The notes beneath the pieces were generated by a model. The model had not been told where the DNA came from, did not search any database, and saw only the letters and a program-made list of their open reading frames with translations. The position numbers were made by a program, and so were the translations under genes. DNA of 63,937 nucleotides, filler included, from Octopus bimaculoides (lineage: Eukaryota), in NCBI RefSeq assembly GCF_001194135.2. It is 6 parts of 6 records of this genome, joined end to end, with 100 filler letters (N's around TTAATTAATTAA, not from the genome) between each part and the next. Parts side by side here need not be neighbours in the genome. Positions count along the whole stretch, not along the records: positions 1 to 13,463 come from NC_068982.1; positions 13,564 to 29,119 come from NC_068981.1; 4 more parts are not named here. One strand, written 5' to 3'. Positions 11,931-25,137 of the stretch are shown in pieces. The first letter of the stretch is position 1. Every line of letters starts with the position of its first letter.

Positions 11931-12433
11931 NNNNNNNNNATGTCACCATCATACAACTAGCATCGTTTATTTCCAATATTCTTGCTTGAAAAGATGATTG
12001 GTGACTGGAAGGGTATCCAGCTATAGAAAATCTTCCTCAGTAAATGCCACCTCTCCCACAAAAGGTGGACATTAAACCAGTGATGCATTCTAGAATCACA
12101 TTTAGAAGGCTTAGTAAAAGAACACACTGTTTTCCGGCACCAGCTGTAGGAGAGGTTAGCTTTTACCTGCTACTGGTATAACGTGACCCAGTATAACCTG
12201 TCTCATAGTCAGATCCGATGGTTGGTGACTCATCCATCCACCCCCTCACCACCACCACCACCACAATTTACTGGGCAAGGAGAGTGTGTGGGCCTCCTGC
12301 AGGATTCAAAATTACATGCATCAAACAGCTTATTGCAGAGAAACCAATCATTTCAGGAGTGGAGATAAGTGTTGTCAGGTTAGCTTCCTTTTGATATACA
12401 GTATGATGATGCAGGAAAACTCATCTGTGCATG

Positions 12434-13463
12434 TACGAGGGGATACCCAAAAGAAACTGGAATTTTGCAATATTATTTTCTTCATTTAGTTTTACATGTT
12501 TTTACTTTTTATTGCCTTCAAGTATTCTCCATTTGAAGCAATGCATCAGTCCGGAAGCATTTTCCACCGTTCGAAGCAGTCCTGGAACTCTTGAGAAGTG
12601 ATGCTTTTCAACACCTCTTCCAAATCTGCAAAATGTTTCCCTTTAAAGGACTTTTTTTCATTCAGGGGAACAAAAAAAAGTTTCAGGGAGCCAGATCAAG
12701 TGAATAGGGAGGGTGGGTAAGCGGGGGTCATTTCATTTTTTGCCAAAAACTGTCTCACTCTCAAGGCTGTGTGCGCAGGCGCATTGTCGTGATGAAACTA
12801 CCACTTTCCATGTTACTGGTTGGGGCGTTTTCGTCTCACCACATTTCACAAACGCTTCAGAACTGTCAGGTAAAATGTCTGGTTAACAGTTTGACCAGGA
12901 GGAACAAATTCTGGGTGGACAATTCCTTACATATTGATAAAAACAAATCAGCATCGTCTTGACATTGGACTTCACATGACGCACTTTTGTGGTGACATCA
13001 AATGCTTCCATTAACATGATTGCTGCTTTGTTTCCGGGTCATAGCTGTAGCACCAGCTTTTGTCACCAGTGATGACCTTTGAAGAAAGGTCCCGATCAAC
13101 TTCAAACTGTTCTTTCAGTTCATGACACGCATTTAGCCATGACTGCTTTCGATCTTCCATGAGCAAGTGGGACACAAATTTTGTTGCAATTCTTTGCTCA
13201 GAATTCGTTGGCAGGAGTTCCAGGACACACCAGTCAGATCAACAAGTTCATCAGTTGTTTGGCAGCAGTCCTCCAAGATCAGTTCATGAATTTTCATGAT
13301 GTTTTCATTCGGGAGGTTGATGATGGCCCTAAATAAGGTTAGTCTTCAAGCGACAAATGACCATTCCTAAAGCGTGGAAACCATTTGTAAACTTGTTTTG
13401 CTCGTGGCTGCATCCTTTTAAGCTGTTTGAAGCATGACAACTGTTTCAGCCACCGATTTCCCC
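12434..13463 (-). mobile_element. mariner (DD34D) transposon remnant with one TIR
   Basis: TA + CGAGGGGATACCCAAAAG end at 12434. Minus-strand peptides: HTH region VYKWFPRFRNG..LED, KFVSHLL, VITGDKSWCYSYDPETKQQS, HHDNAPAH, PYSPDLAP. Stops and frameshifts; the 5' end is lost in the gap. Confidence 0.9.
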
Positions 13464-13563
13464 NNNNNNNNNNNNNNNNNNNNNNNNNNNNNNNNNNNNN
13501 NNNNNNNTTAATTAATTAANNNNNNNNNNNNNNNNNNNNNNNNNNNNNNNNNNNNNNNNNNNN
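13464..13563. other. Artificial scaffold spacer (44 N + TTAATTAATTAA + 44 N); also at 29164, 37708, 49599 and 58950 (12-mer starts)
   Basis: Identical 12-mer (stops in all frames) centred in equal N runs five times. Confidence 0.95.
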
Positions 13564-13845
13564 TTCTCTCTCTCTGAAAGTATCTGTCATTACAGTATCG
13601 AAATGTGATTGTTTCAGTTAGTAGAATAGTTTCATTTTTAAAGTGAAAGTATTTGACATGAGTGTTTTTGTTTCACTTTTGACACGTAATACTTAAATAG
13701 TGGAGGAGATATTATGTTGCTGTGGGCTCGAACTCTGCAAGAAGTTAAAATTTTTTTTGACTAAAACACAACTGGAACCCTAAGTAAGACATCTGTAAAA
13801 TTTGAATGAAATTGGTTGCGTAGTTCTCGAGTTTTAGGGATTCAC

Positions 13846-13880
<35 letters not shown>

Positions 13881-13906
13881 CACATTCTCATTTTTATATA
13901 TATAGA
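13564..13906 (-). mobile_element. Non-autonomous Helitron-like element, 5' part
   Basis: Minus strand begins A|TCTATATATATAAAAATGAGAATGTGTG(TCTG)n..CTCGAGAACTACGCAACCAATTTCATTCAAATTTT. A 5' TC after host A plus a (CTGT)n tract matches Lep1/Helitron-type 5' ends. The 3' hairpin/CTRR end is not visible (gap). Confidence 0.55.
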
Positions 13907-14062
13907 TAATTCTGCAAATAATATTTCCATAATTTTCAATTTTAATATGTATTTTGAACTAACATACAGAAGCTACTGAGACTACATATTGGATTATAAT
14001 AATGGAATATGCAGATGTACTTCAAGAGGAAACAACTGGGATTTACCATGACTACCTACATG

Positions 14063-14151
<89 letters not shown>

Positions 14152-15287
14152 TGTGTGTATATGGAGGAATATGGTAAATAAAACACTCAGTCTTCACCAA
14201 GGCATATGTATCAAAGATGAAGTGAAATATTTCCAAGCAAAGGTGGTAAATATTGTGTTGCTTTTCTAGTTATCTTCACTGCAGAATACAGAACTTATCA
14301 CTACTGTACCAAGCAAAAACTTGTAGGGAAATGTATAAATGACTGAATTGATCCTTGTATAATTTATACTGACTCCAAAAGGATAAATGCAAAATTAATC
14401 CTGGCAGGATTTCAACTTAGATGGATAAAATTTAACAAACCAAGTCATTCATTTTGATGATGATAATAAAGTATGTTCTGATTGTTTAAAATAAAATATT
14501 TTTTCCTATGACTTGTAGAAAATGTTGAAACCCAAATTTAGGAACATAACCAGTGAATAACCTCTTAAGTTCACAATGTTTAATCAATATGCAATAAAGA
14601 ACTTCTGCATCAACAAAAATATATAGTTTCAGTGATATATAAGTAAGATGGAATAAGAAATGATGAGTTTATAACAATATTTTCTTGATGTCTTGGAATA
14701 AAACAAAAATGACCCTTGAAAATCATGTCCTTTTACTGGTTTCATTCATTGACCTGAAGCCAAAGTGGGTACTGCTTTCAAGAATTTTAGCCAGGTTTAT
14801 CGACATCTAGTACTTGTCTCAGTCTGGTAATTATTTCATCTTTATCTATTCACTAAACTATCTTCTGACACAAAAATATACCACAATACACTTTTACACT
14901 GGTATATACAACAGATATAAAAACACACACACATCATCACCTCTAACAAAGGATCTTCTACATAGTCACTCAACTTGTTAGAAGTAGCAGCCAAATTACC
15001 CTCAAATCACATATATCTTTCTTTATTAAATTAGATGATGTATTTTTGCATAGTCCTAAAAAGATAGAGCAGTGATGGCTGGAATATGTCAGGGTTGATC
15101 TGAGGAGCACAATAAACACAAAGCACTCTTAACTTTTATGTAAGTGATATTCTTTATAACTAACAGATTTTGTTCTTGAAGAAGAGTTATTAGGTAACAG
15201 GAGAAACCAAAACAAAAAGGCTACACACAAAAGAACAAATTCAGTCATGAATGAAACATTCTCAGAGAAACAAAAAAAAATTAAACC

Positions 15288-15318
<31 letters not shown>

Positions 15319-16294
15319 AAACTGAAATTTATTTATATGTTTGTGAAACAATGTGGGAGTAGAAAGAATGATTCAAATGACAAAAGACAGCCAGTAGAAT
15401 ATAAAGAGATCATTTGACTTCAATTTGAAATTCAAATATATCATGCCATCAACTCGTGACAACACTGGAAACAGTAATCCAAAATATGAACGACACAATA
15501 ACCATCAGCACAATGAGATAATATATAATCAACTATTGATCAAAAGAAACAGAAATTATTAGATTAATGAATCTCATTCTATGCAATTTCCTGATTCACA
15601 TCTCATATGTTTTTGCTCTTCCAAGTTTCTGTATGGTAGAATATAGAAGGCAACTCTTCCTTTCTAAAACTGTATCAACAAATTTTATCAAAATTTGAAT
15701 ACTCATCATGAGTTTTTCAATTTTAAGAAAAACCAACTAGATAAACACCAACCATTTCCCCAATTCAAATGGCTTAAAAATCAAGCATTTTCTTTCTCAA
15801 TTATCTTTTAGAGAAGTGGTGCTAATTTTTATTCATTTAAATTAAACAACATACAAATTACTCAGTCTTTACACACACACACTACTTTTAATACTTTAGG
15901 GGAGTGGATTAATTTGATAAGTTTAGTGTCAGTAAGTATTCATTTTGAATTGCTAGTGATGAGTATGTGGAGGAACACTAGCTTGAACAGAGTTCCAGAG
16001 AGAGAGAGAGAGAGCTCTCGGGAAATATAAATTATAAAATTTGAAAGTTGCTACAATGATGTAATTAGGAGCATAAGGAGATACATTTAGTGAGTTTATA
16101 GCATAGCTTTTGATGGCAGGTTTAGTCAAAGAAGCAAAGTTTATTGTAGGATACCATCCTGGTGAGAGGCCAGTGCATAAATGAAAGTTTGACAATCATG
16201 CTGTTTCTCAGATGTTGTTTGGAATATGTCTTGTATATAAGTATAATGTGCTGCTCCTCATACATGAGCAACACTAATTTAAGGCCCAAAATGA

Positions 16295-16440
16295 AGAGCT
16301 ATTTACAGTTGAAATATTGTTTTGCATTGAAGAGGAAACCCAGCCTTTGTGATACTTTGCTATGTGAAGTATGTACAGCTTTCATGAGATACCGTAGATT
16401 GTCAATTTTCCATGTAAGGAGTGTTGATAACGGATACAGT
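16295..16440 (-). mobile_element. CR1/L2/Jockey-group LINE ORF2 thumb fragment
   Basis: ..LLTWK..SKVSQRLGFLFNAKQYFN resembles LSWxxHI..ASQKLGFLFRxxKYF; same region as the 20700-20740 copy. Confidence 0.45.
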
Positions 16441-18663
16441 GTTAATGGCATGTGTAAATAAGAAGTGTAGCAATTAAGTTTTAGCACCATTCAAAGAAAT
16501 TGGGCTGGAAGGTCACAATTGCAGGATGTATAAAAAAAAGAAGTTTGCTTTGCAATTACAAGGTCTGGGGTTCAGTCCCAGTGCAGCATCTTGGGCTGGT
16601 GTCTTCTACCATAGCCCTGTGATGACCAATACCTTGTTAGTGAATTTGATAAGCAGAAACTGTGTGGAAGCCTGTTATGCGTGTGTGTATGTGTGTGTGT
16701 GTGTCAATTATTTGCAATCTTTAAATATGATATCCTCTATTTGTGAAATCCATGAAGTAAATGAATGCCGGTTCATTGTGCTGTTTGTGTTCAAAGACAA
16801 GTGTAAATATAACATTGCTTGGGTTGGCATTAAGAAGAGCATCTGATTAGAAATCTGCTTCAATGAGTCTCGGTTGACCCATGCAAGAATGGAAAAGTAA
16901 ACATTAAAATAATGATGATGAAAATTAGTCTAGTGTGTGAGGGCTGTATCCAGGAACTATACAGATCTATGTGATTCTGCCATCCAATGCACTTTAAACT
17001 AAACTATTTATAATATTAAATATGAATCTAGATGCATAGAAAACACCAAAGTAACAATAAAAATGATATAGATGGATACTGAATAAAACAAATAAAGGAT
17101 ACCATTTCTCCCACAACTCATCTTCTAACTCACATTCTTTGATTAACAACAGGATTATTCACAATATAAATCCCCACTATACTTCACATCATCCCCCTTT
17201 TACTGTCATTTATCTCCTCTTCTTCATCCTTGACCCAATATAATTTCTTTCACTTCTTCCCCAAACTAATACTCATCACTGACCGTATCTCTAGCTAGGT
17301 GTTCTATTTACTGCACCTACCTCTACTCTCTTCTCTAACCATCTATTACTTTCCTTTCACACTCTTCTGAACTTACCTACCCTTCCCTTCTGTTCCTCCA
17401 TTCCAATTCTTTCCCTTATATTCACCTTGTACTTTGAAGGTATACTTTCACCATGTCTTTTCTCCCTTTCCAGCTGAGAAGCATGTATCTCCTCTTCAGT
17501 AAGAGGCCTGTTCCTGTCCCTCTATTATACTTTAACCTCTCAACACCTGATATAAAACTACCTCCCTCAATAATACACTCTAACTCAGTTGAGGGGGATC
17601 TCATCTTGCAAGTTGCTTGGTGACCACATTTATATTCTGCAAATGGATTGTAATAGGAGGGGCATCCAGCTACAGAAATCATACAGTTCTCTGTCAAACT
17701 GTCCAATCCATGTCAGCATGGAAAACGGACATTAAGCAATAATGAATGGGTACAAAATATTTATATTTTTATCTGTAAAATGTATTAATATTCATGCCTT
17801 TCCTAACAGCAAAGGTGAAATGAAATTGTTTTTATAAAAATCTGAAGCCAATTTTGTGAGCATTAATTTATCATCAGAAGCAGACACAATGATGCTAGTT
17901 TAGTTTGAAAAGAGGAGACAAAAAATTCAGCTTTTTGATTTGTTAAATATAGCTAATAATTCATAGCAGCTGAACAAAGATTTGTACATTGGTTATTTTT
18001 GGAAAATCAAAATTACAAGAAGACTGACATTCAAATGCCAAAATAGAGTAAATAAAAAAATAACTGAAAGTGATACCAGTATTGTGAAAGTCTCAGTGAG
18101 GTTTTATGTGGCAGCTCAGCCTGCAAGTAATAACAACCACATCTTCAGTTCATACCCTCACATCGTGAAAAAGAAGAGATACATATTGAATGAAGCAGTT
18201 CTCAATATACAATGCTCAAGAGAAAGACAAGATAGGCAAAGCTGAAATGCTTTTGATTATAGATTTGCTCAATCAGGGCTGATTGGGAGCTAAAACAATT
18301 GTAACAGTGAATACTTATATCCCTTAACAATAAGAGTATTAATTTTGTTAATGTACAATTACAGAGAACTGAATAACTGATCACAGGCTAGGAAAAGAAA
18401 ACAAATAACATAATTGGCAAGATTCTAAATTGCTATCGAATAATTTGTGAATGTATACAAATGTTGTGCATGAATTATGAAATATTTAAATCTCTGACTT
18501 GTCTATTCTTTTCTGGGTTTTGACTGATAAAAAAAAGAAATAAATCCAAGAAAGGTAAGTACAGATTAAAATTTCATTTTCATTTAATAATACATTTTGT
18601 TGGAAGTGAAGCAGTGACATCATCAGTAGAATTATAAGTAGTAGTTTTTCTTTTAATTTACAG

Positions 18664-18705
18664 CAATTGCAGAAAGCACTACAAATGGAGGAGGCAGGTC
18701 TTTCA
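18664..18705 (+). CDS. Candidate 42-nt exon (QLQKALQMEEAGLS in phase 0; a phase-1 frame is also open)
   Basis: Strong acceptor GTTTTTCTTTTAATTTACAG, donor TCA|GTGAGG; a perfect AAG|GTAAGT donor lies ~110 nt upstream. No protein recognised. Confidence 0.25.
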
Positions 18706-20384
18706 GTGAGGAAAGCTTTATTGTATTTGGTGCAATGCCTAGCTGTTCTGTGTCTAGATCCAAAATGAGAAGACAACTGAAAGATCTACAAAGTGGAAAA
18801 AGGCTTATGTCACAATGCTCATCAATCCTTAAATTAAAAATGAAAACAGAAAAATCTTTTTAGATTGTTCCTTTGTAATACTTTAATAAATGACAAAAGC
18901 AAGGAGAAAGAGAATTCGCCAAGAGATTTCAAGTAAATGAGCTCAGGAGTTATCAAAATATTAACATATATAATGAATTTTCAAGTGTTGGTCTTTCAAA
19001 CAGTTTATGTATAACAGTTTTTCTTTTAATTTGATTTATGCATTATGAATGACTTCACATATAGATTATTGGCTTAAGAGTGTAAATGTCTGCTGAATTA
19101 CTTCCCTCTACACTTCTAGATTTTATTTAATTTTTTATATAAGTTAAGCATAATTATTTCAATTCATGTACCCAACTTGTAAAATGTAGCCATTTATCCA
19201 TTTTTCTACAAGTTTGTACGCCATCATTAATTTTTTCTTAGCAACAAATATTTGATGTCTTTAATTTCCATTCATTTATTTTTTTAAAGTTTCATCTTGG
19301 TACAATCTTTCATTTAAAAAAAAATTTCATATTTAGTTAGTCAAACTAATTCCTTGCCAAATATTGTGTATTGAAAATTCTGTTTTGATAGGAGGTACTT
19401 TGTCATTTTGTATGCAAACAAAATCCTTTAAGAGTATACTTAAAGCTGTTGCTTGTGAATATCAATATAATATTTTATCACAATGCTGACACCAAACATA
19501 TTACATGTCATATTTAATGGGAGATTGTCCTCAAACACTAGTTGTAAACAAAACCCAATACATAATTTCAACAAGTGCAAAATTTAGCAGAATATTATTT
19601 TGATTGTTGCTTTGATTTTTCTTGTTACATGAACTGATTAAAACAAATTAAGTTTTAGGAAGTCATTATATCAGTTATATATGAATAATAGTTATTATTA
19701 ACAAAACAAGTTAAAAACACTTTACTCAGGTTACCTAACACCACTTAAACCTATTTTGCAATAACTTTTAATTTAACCACTTTCTCGTAAGGTGGTGTGT
19801 GTGTGACTAATCCTAATCTAAATGACTTCACTTATAGAAATTGTTATCTTGGTGGTGTCATCACAATAAAGCTGTTATGGATAGGATTACAATGATAGCA
19901 CACTGTCTACTGTTGGGTTATAACTGACACCAACAAGTGACAAAATTTTACTAACTACAATAGTTACAAAAACTTTGTCAGAAATAACAGGTCATAGGAA
20001 AAAATATGACAATGGGGCATTGTCAAAGACAAGAACCAATTAAAGTGAAGTGTGATGTAAATTAAAATATCTGGAAATGATTGCCTTTCCTTTCTTTTTA
20101 TGATAGTGTTTTAAAGAGGAAAAAACTCAAGAGATATACTCATATGAAGTGCTGGTAATGTTTTAAGTTAGCCAATGATATTAGCTAGCCAAAGGTAGTT
20201 ATGATTGAGCTGATCTACCTTAAAACAAAGAAATCAAATAAAACATATTGTATCAGATATTTAATGGAGGTATTTCGACTTTATAAATCCATAGCTATTA
20301 TTAATAGTACTTGTTTCAAAAGAATTGTGAAAGAAAAACAAATTGAAGAAGCTAAAAAGAGATGAGATATATTTAGACCTAATT

Positions 20385-21110
20385 CTCAATGGTTTGCTAT
20401 GTGGATGATATACTCTTTCACTTAACTTTTTATATACAAGTATCATCCACATACAACATTGTTTCCATGAAGAGAAGCCTTCAAATTATTTTCTAACGGG
20501 ATCATATAAATCATGTCTCCTTCGATAATGCTACAAGTCAATCACTGTATACATCAAAGGAACAATCTTCTAAACCCCTCCCAGTTATGAATATTATTAC
20601 AAACTAAAACCTCTAAGTTAATTGCAAAGCTAGACTTCTCAATTACTGATCTATGATGGTGATTTCACATCCACAGATTAACCAAAACTTCATCATAGAG
20701 ACTTGCCTTCCTTTTTAGGGTCAGAAAATACTTTAGCTACCAACAATTGCTCTCTACAAAAAGTCAAGTGAAACCTGCAATGGTATACTGCTCCCACATC
20801 TGGAATGGCAATGCTGCTACACATATGAACATCCTAGATTACATTTCCAAAAATGGTCACCTAATTGATCGGCAGAGATTATTCACAAACACACGCTATC
20901 ATCTCCTTATTGTCATTTCTATTATAACAACAGCCACTCATCTTTGGTTTATCTCATGTCACTTAACTCATTTGTTTCTCTTCCTCTTTTTCCTAAGAGT
21001 GTCTACAATTCCAAATCTTGCACCAACCACTATTCCTTAACCTTCTGCCATAGACCATAATTTTCTTCCAGCCACCGACTTGTAATTGTTGAAGAAGAAC
21101 ACCAACCACA
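20385..21110 (+). mobile_element. Degenerate CR1/L2/Jockey-group LINE RT-thumb fragment
   Basis: YVDD at 20398-20409, then FLFRVRKYFS.QQLL..KSQVKPAMVYCSHIWNG..ATHMNILD, typical of this LINE group's thumb region. Confidence 0.7.
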
Positions 21111-22153
21111 GTGATTTTAGAGCATCTACAAGAGCCATGAGCACAGCTCCTTCCTCTAATTAAAAAAACTATTAGTTCTATATTGGGAATATTTTTGAAT
21201 GACAGGAAAATCTGGATGCCAATATAAAGATAACTCTTTAGATTGATGTCCCCCACACCTGTTTCTTCTTCCTTTATATTTCTAAAGACTTTTTCACTGT
21301 TCACTTTCTGTGTATATTCTATCTACTGTTCATGCAGTTTTGGTTAGTTTTTCTGATGAGTTGTAGTGCACCTTAGCACTGTATACAATAGTTCATTATT
21401 ATATATTCCTTGCTTTGCTCTAAAACAATATCGAGGTTATATCTGCTAAGGTAACGTGGAACCAAATGAAGTAAATAAGAACAATACATAGATTGTTCTT
21501 ATGTCAGTTAATGTCAAGAATAAATCAATTTTTTGAGTAAATTTGGAAATTAGTGTATGGGGGAAATCATGTAACATATCACAACATAAATTTATGTTTC
21601 ATAAGAATGCTTTTAGCCTTAAATATTTAGAATAAGGCTAGAATAAATTCATTCATATCCTTAGTACATATTCTTGTTTAGAATAAATGCTTATCACAAA
21701 GGTAGCTAAAATTGGCTCAACTCAAAATGGACGCGGAAGTATTTTGTATAGGGGGAAAATGTAAAATACAGATTTTAAATATCTATGAAACACATTTTTC
21801 TTTCATTTTCCATTCAAGCTATTTTCTCTTGGTCCCAGGCTGCAGCTATGGTATAACCTGCATTTGTATTAAAATAAGAAACCTGCTCTTTTGTCATCAT
21901 GTTATTCTGGCTTCAGTCAGCTGAACTGAATAAGTAAAAATAATTGTCATCTCTCTATGAATTCAAAGTTTATAATTACACTGAAGAGGTCCCACTTCAG
22001 TTGAAATATGCATATACAATTGGAATTTTGTGATTTAAAAAAAATTTTCTTCATTACTATGAAATAGACTAAATATGGTTCTACAATGGAATTTTAATTA
22101 TGATTTTTAAGAATTAGGTATGTATTCACTCCCTCACAGAGAAAAAAATGAAC

Positions 22154-22318
22154 AACCCCTTAGCATTTAAACCGGCCATATTTGGCTTAAATATTCTACT
22201 TTATTTTGTGTTCAAACTGGCCAGATTCAGCCTTTCAATCATTGAAATTGCAAGATTAATTCAAAGCAATGTGATTAAATAAGTATTACATTTGATAATC
22301 TGAATGCTAAAAGGTTAA
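22154..22318. mobile_element. piggyBac-like MITE
   Basis: AACCCCTTAGCATTT...GAATGCTAAAAGGTTAA: ~14-bp imperfect TIRs with CCC start and a TTAA at the right end. Confidence 0.55.
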
Positions 22319-22818
22319 GTTGATGATTGCAGACTGTATAAATGGATGCATTAACATTTTACTAGGGGCTGCAAAGAATTGGAAGCTTAAACTTGTCACC
22401 TCATCAAACCTCATTAGGGATAAAAAATTAAAAAATTAAAAAAAAAAGGAATATAAAGCTCAATAAAATAATTTACTTTTAATTTTGAAAATACATATAA
22501 TTCTAGCTTTTATTAAATAAAATTCTTGGAATATAAAATAATGTGTGTGTGTGTATACTTATATATATTACAGTCTTTTGACTCTTAAGTTGTGATTTCA
22601 AATTTCATTAACATCAACTCTGCCTCTCATTCTTCAGGGGGCAATAAAATAAAGCACCTGTCATATAAGTGACTGTACCCCTTCACACAAATTTTTGACC
22701 TTATATTTTATTAAAAAAAGTTACAATTTTGACCACTATTAAAGACTTCACTATGATTATTATGATTGTTGCAATAGTTAATAAATAATTATTACCGTTA
22801 TTAATTATTAATCATTAC

Positions 22819-23085
22819 TATTATTGTTGTTATTTTTGCTATTGTTACTTGTTTGACTGCTACTACTACAATTATTATAAGGCAGCAAGCAGGCAGAATC
22901 GTTAGCATGCTGGGCAAAGTGCTTAGTAGTATTTTGCCTGTCTTTATGTTCTGAGTTCAAATTCTGCCAAGGTCGACTTTGCCTTTCATCCTTTTGGGGT
23001 TGATAAATACCAGTGGAATACTGGGGTTGATGTAATCAACTAGTCCCCTCCCACTAAATTTCAGACTTTGTGCCTTTAGTAGAAA
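22819..23085 (+). mobile_element. tRNA-derived SINE family B, heavily CpG-decayed copy
   Basis: GGCAGCAAGCAGGCAGAATCGTTAGCATGCTGGGCAAA..GAGTTCAAATTCTGCCAAGGTCGACTTTGCCTTTCATCC aligns to the copies at 32165, 42586, 48270, 49965 and 57075. Confidence 0.85.
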
Positions 23086-23584
23086 GGATTATTATTATTA
23101 TTATTATTATTATACTTTATTGTTTTTACTTTATTCATTCTTTTTTTTTTGGCGGGTAGTTCTATGCATTTTCTTGGTTTATTGTTTTTCACAATGACCA
23201 CTCAGGACAGGACAACTTGATATGGTTTTCTTGAGTGCCTATGTGCATGTTAAGTAGTTAGTCTTTGCATACATATATGTATGCATTCATGTACGTGGGT
23301 GTTAGTCTGTGTGTATCCATGCACATTCACAGCTTATTTCCTCTCCTCCCTTCTAATGACCTGGCCAAAATGCAGGATAGTAATTTGAGGCTATGACGTA
23401 TGTATATTTAGCAATTCCTGTGAGTCCTAGTTTCTCTCTCTTTCTGCTGTCAGAATGAGGCATTGTATTTTTCCATCTAATATCCATTTGTCCTATGAAC
23501 TGGTGACAAGCTGTGAAAACTCCACAAGCCACTGGAATGACTTAATCTATTACATCTATCTATAACACACATACATAATAAACT

Positions 23585-23832
23585 AAAATGGTGTTTTACA
23601 TTATTTACATTTGACGGATATTTGTCCTCATCTTGTTTGTTGTTAACACACCGTTTCGGCTGATATACCATCCAGCCTTCATCAGGTGTCTTGGGGAAAT
23701 TTTGAACCTGGGTTCTCATTCCCAAGGTATTTTTTTAATGTTATTATTATTATTGTTCAGGTCACTTCCTGGAATCGAACTTGGAATCTTGGGGTTAGTA
23801 GCCTGCGCTCTTAACCACTATGCCATATGCCC
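23585..23832 (-). mobile_element. tRNA-derived SINE family E carrying a hammerhead ribozyme
   Basis: Minus strand: A box TGGCATAGTGG, B box GTTCGATTCC, (AAT)n linker, then GACAC-CTGATGA-A-GGCTGG(atggtata)TCAGCC-GAAAC-GGT-GTGTT. Confidence 0.75.
23643..23690 (-). ncRNA. Type I minimal hammerhead ribozyme motif
   Basis: Canonical CUGAUGA and GAAA cores, 6-bp stem II, stem I GACAC/GTGTT. The cleavage triplet reads GGU rather than NUH, so this copy may be inactive. Confidence 0.7.
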
Positions 23833-24852
23833 AAGTATGGAGTGGTCTTCTCTGCACTGCCAGTTCTTGAGCATCCAGATAAATTGTGACAGAGATGTGA
23901 ATTTTCTTTGAATGAGCGGAGTTGTTGAGGTAAGTGATACTTGAATTCTTTTCAATGCTATCCCAAGTCATTATGGTTTTAAAATCCCCTCAGTGAACAG
24001 ATAAAAGAATTTCAAGAATTACAGATTGGTTAATGAGGTGGTGGCTGTGTAATTATGATTGTAGTACTTGATCTGGGAATTTATGTTGTCCACAAGATTA
24101 AGTGATCTTAATATTGTCCGAATTGAACAACTTATAATATTTTTGTGTGGATGGGAAATGATGGTTTGCTAGATTTAGGAAATATCTGGCTACAATAATG
24201 GTAAACTCTAAGTCATAAGACAGATTGAACTAGATTACTGCCCTCTTTTTGGCTTGACATTGACCTGTGGTTTGTCAGGGTTTTAATCAAATAGAACTAG
24301 TTTTCACTATCTAGCACATTATGACAGGGAATGCTCTATTGAAGATATCAATGTTAAAGAATTAATCAGAGACTCATGAAAACTGAACAAACGGTCACTT
24401 GCTTTTTTCACCAAGTAGGAATTATTGTTGTATAACAGTAACTTCCTAGCACTCACTGTGATGCCAGTATCTAGATCAGTAATGGTGGTGAATTCCTTCC
24501 TGAAATTCAGTTTTCAGGATGAAAGACTTAAATATGGATGAATAAAAGACCACAGTATTACACTGAAGGAACATGCAAGATGTCATGCTTTCAATATTGT
24601 GTATCCACCTGATGATGGAACACTGCAGATCCATTACTCTACTGTCATGAAGTTTCTCATCTTGAGGTTGATAATGCTGATAGGGTCAAGAAAAGTTACT
24701 TTTCTAAAAAGAGGGGTTAATTGACCTATTTTTGGAGTTAAGGAAAAAAAAACTGGCTGTGATCTTTAAGAATAATGTGCAGTGTGTGCATGATGAGATG
24801 ATTCATGCAGTTTTATATTGGGAAACTAGTTCCTTTGCTTCTGTCTTTATAG

Positions 24853-24892
24853 TGTTGCATGTGGTGGAGCTGCATGTTTTAAATATCTTCAG
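24853..24892 (+). CDS. Candidate 40-nt exon
   Basis: Acceptor TCCTTTGCTTCTGTCTTTATAG, donor CAG|GTGATG; two open frames (VACGGAACFKYLQ or LHVVELHVLNIF). No homology recognised. Confidence 0.25.
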
Positions 24893-24914
24893 GTGATGTT
24901 TGTTGGGAAGTTTG

Positions 24915-25049
24915 TCTCCCAATCACATGGTTTTGGGTTCAGTCCCACTGAGTGGAAACTTGGGTAAGTGTCTTCTACAATAGCACCAGACCAACCAAAA
25001 GCTTACGAGTGGATTTGGTTGACAGAAATTAAATTGAAATATGCCCAAT

Positions 25050-25050
<1 letters not shown>
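24915..25050 (+). mobile_element. SINE family A head followed by long (TG)n
   Basis: CCCAATCACATGGTTTTGGGTTCAGTCCCACTG..GAGTGGATTTGGTTGACAGAAA. Confidence 0.7.

Positions 25051-25137
<87 letters not shown>

Noticed and set aside
13508-13519. Recurrent palindromic TTAATTAATTAA motif (five copies)
   Set aside because: Always centred in 44+44 N, so it is an assembly spacer and not biology. It also means neighbouring segments may not be truly adjacent.
23759-23832. Possible tRNA gene (also 56560-56630 and 4470-4545)
   Set aside because: Acceptor stems are poor and each continues into a SINE body, so these are SINE heads.
23850-23934. Perfect GAG|GTAAGT donor at ~23930 (similar at 8236)
   Set aside because: All three upstream frames contain stops; the 8236 site lies at the end of the hAT remnant.
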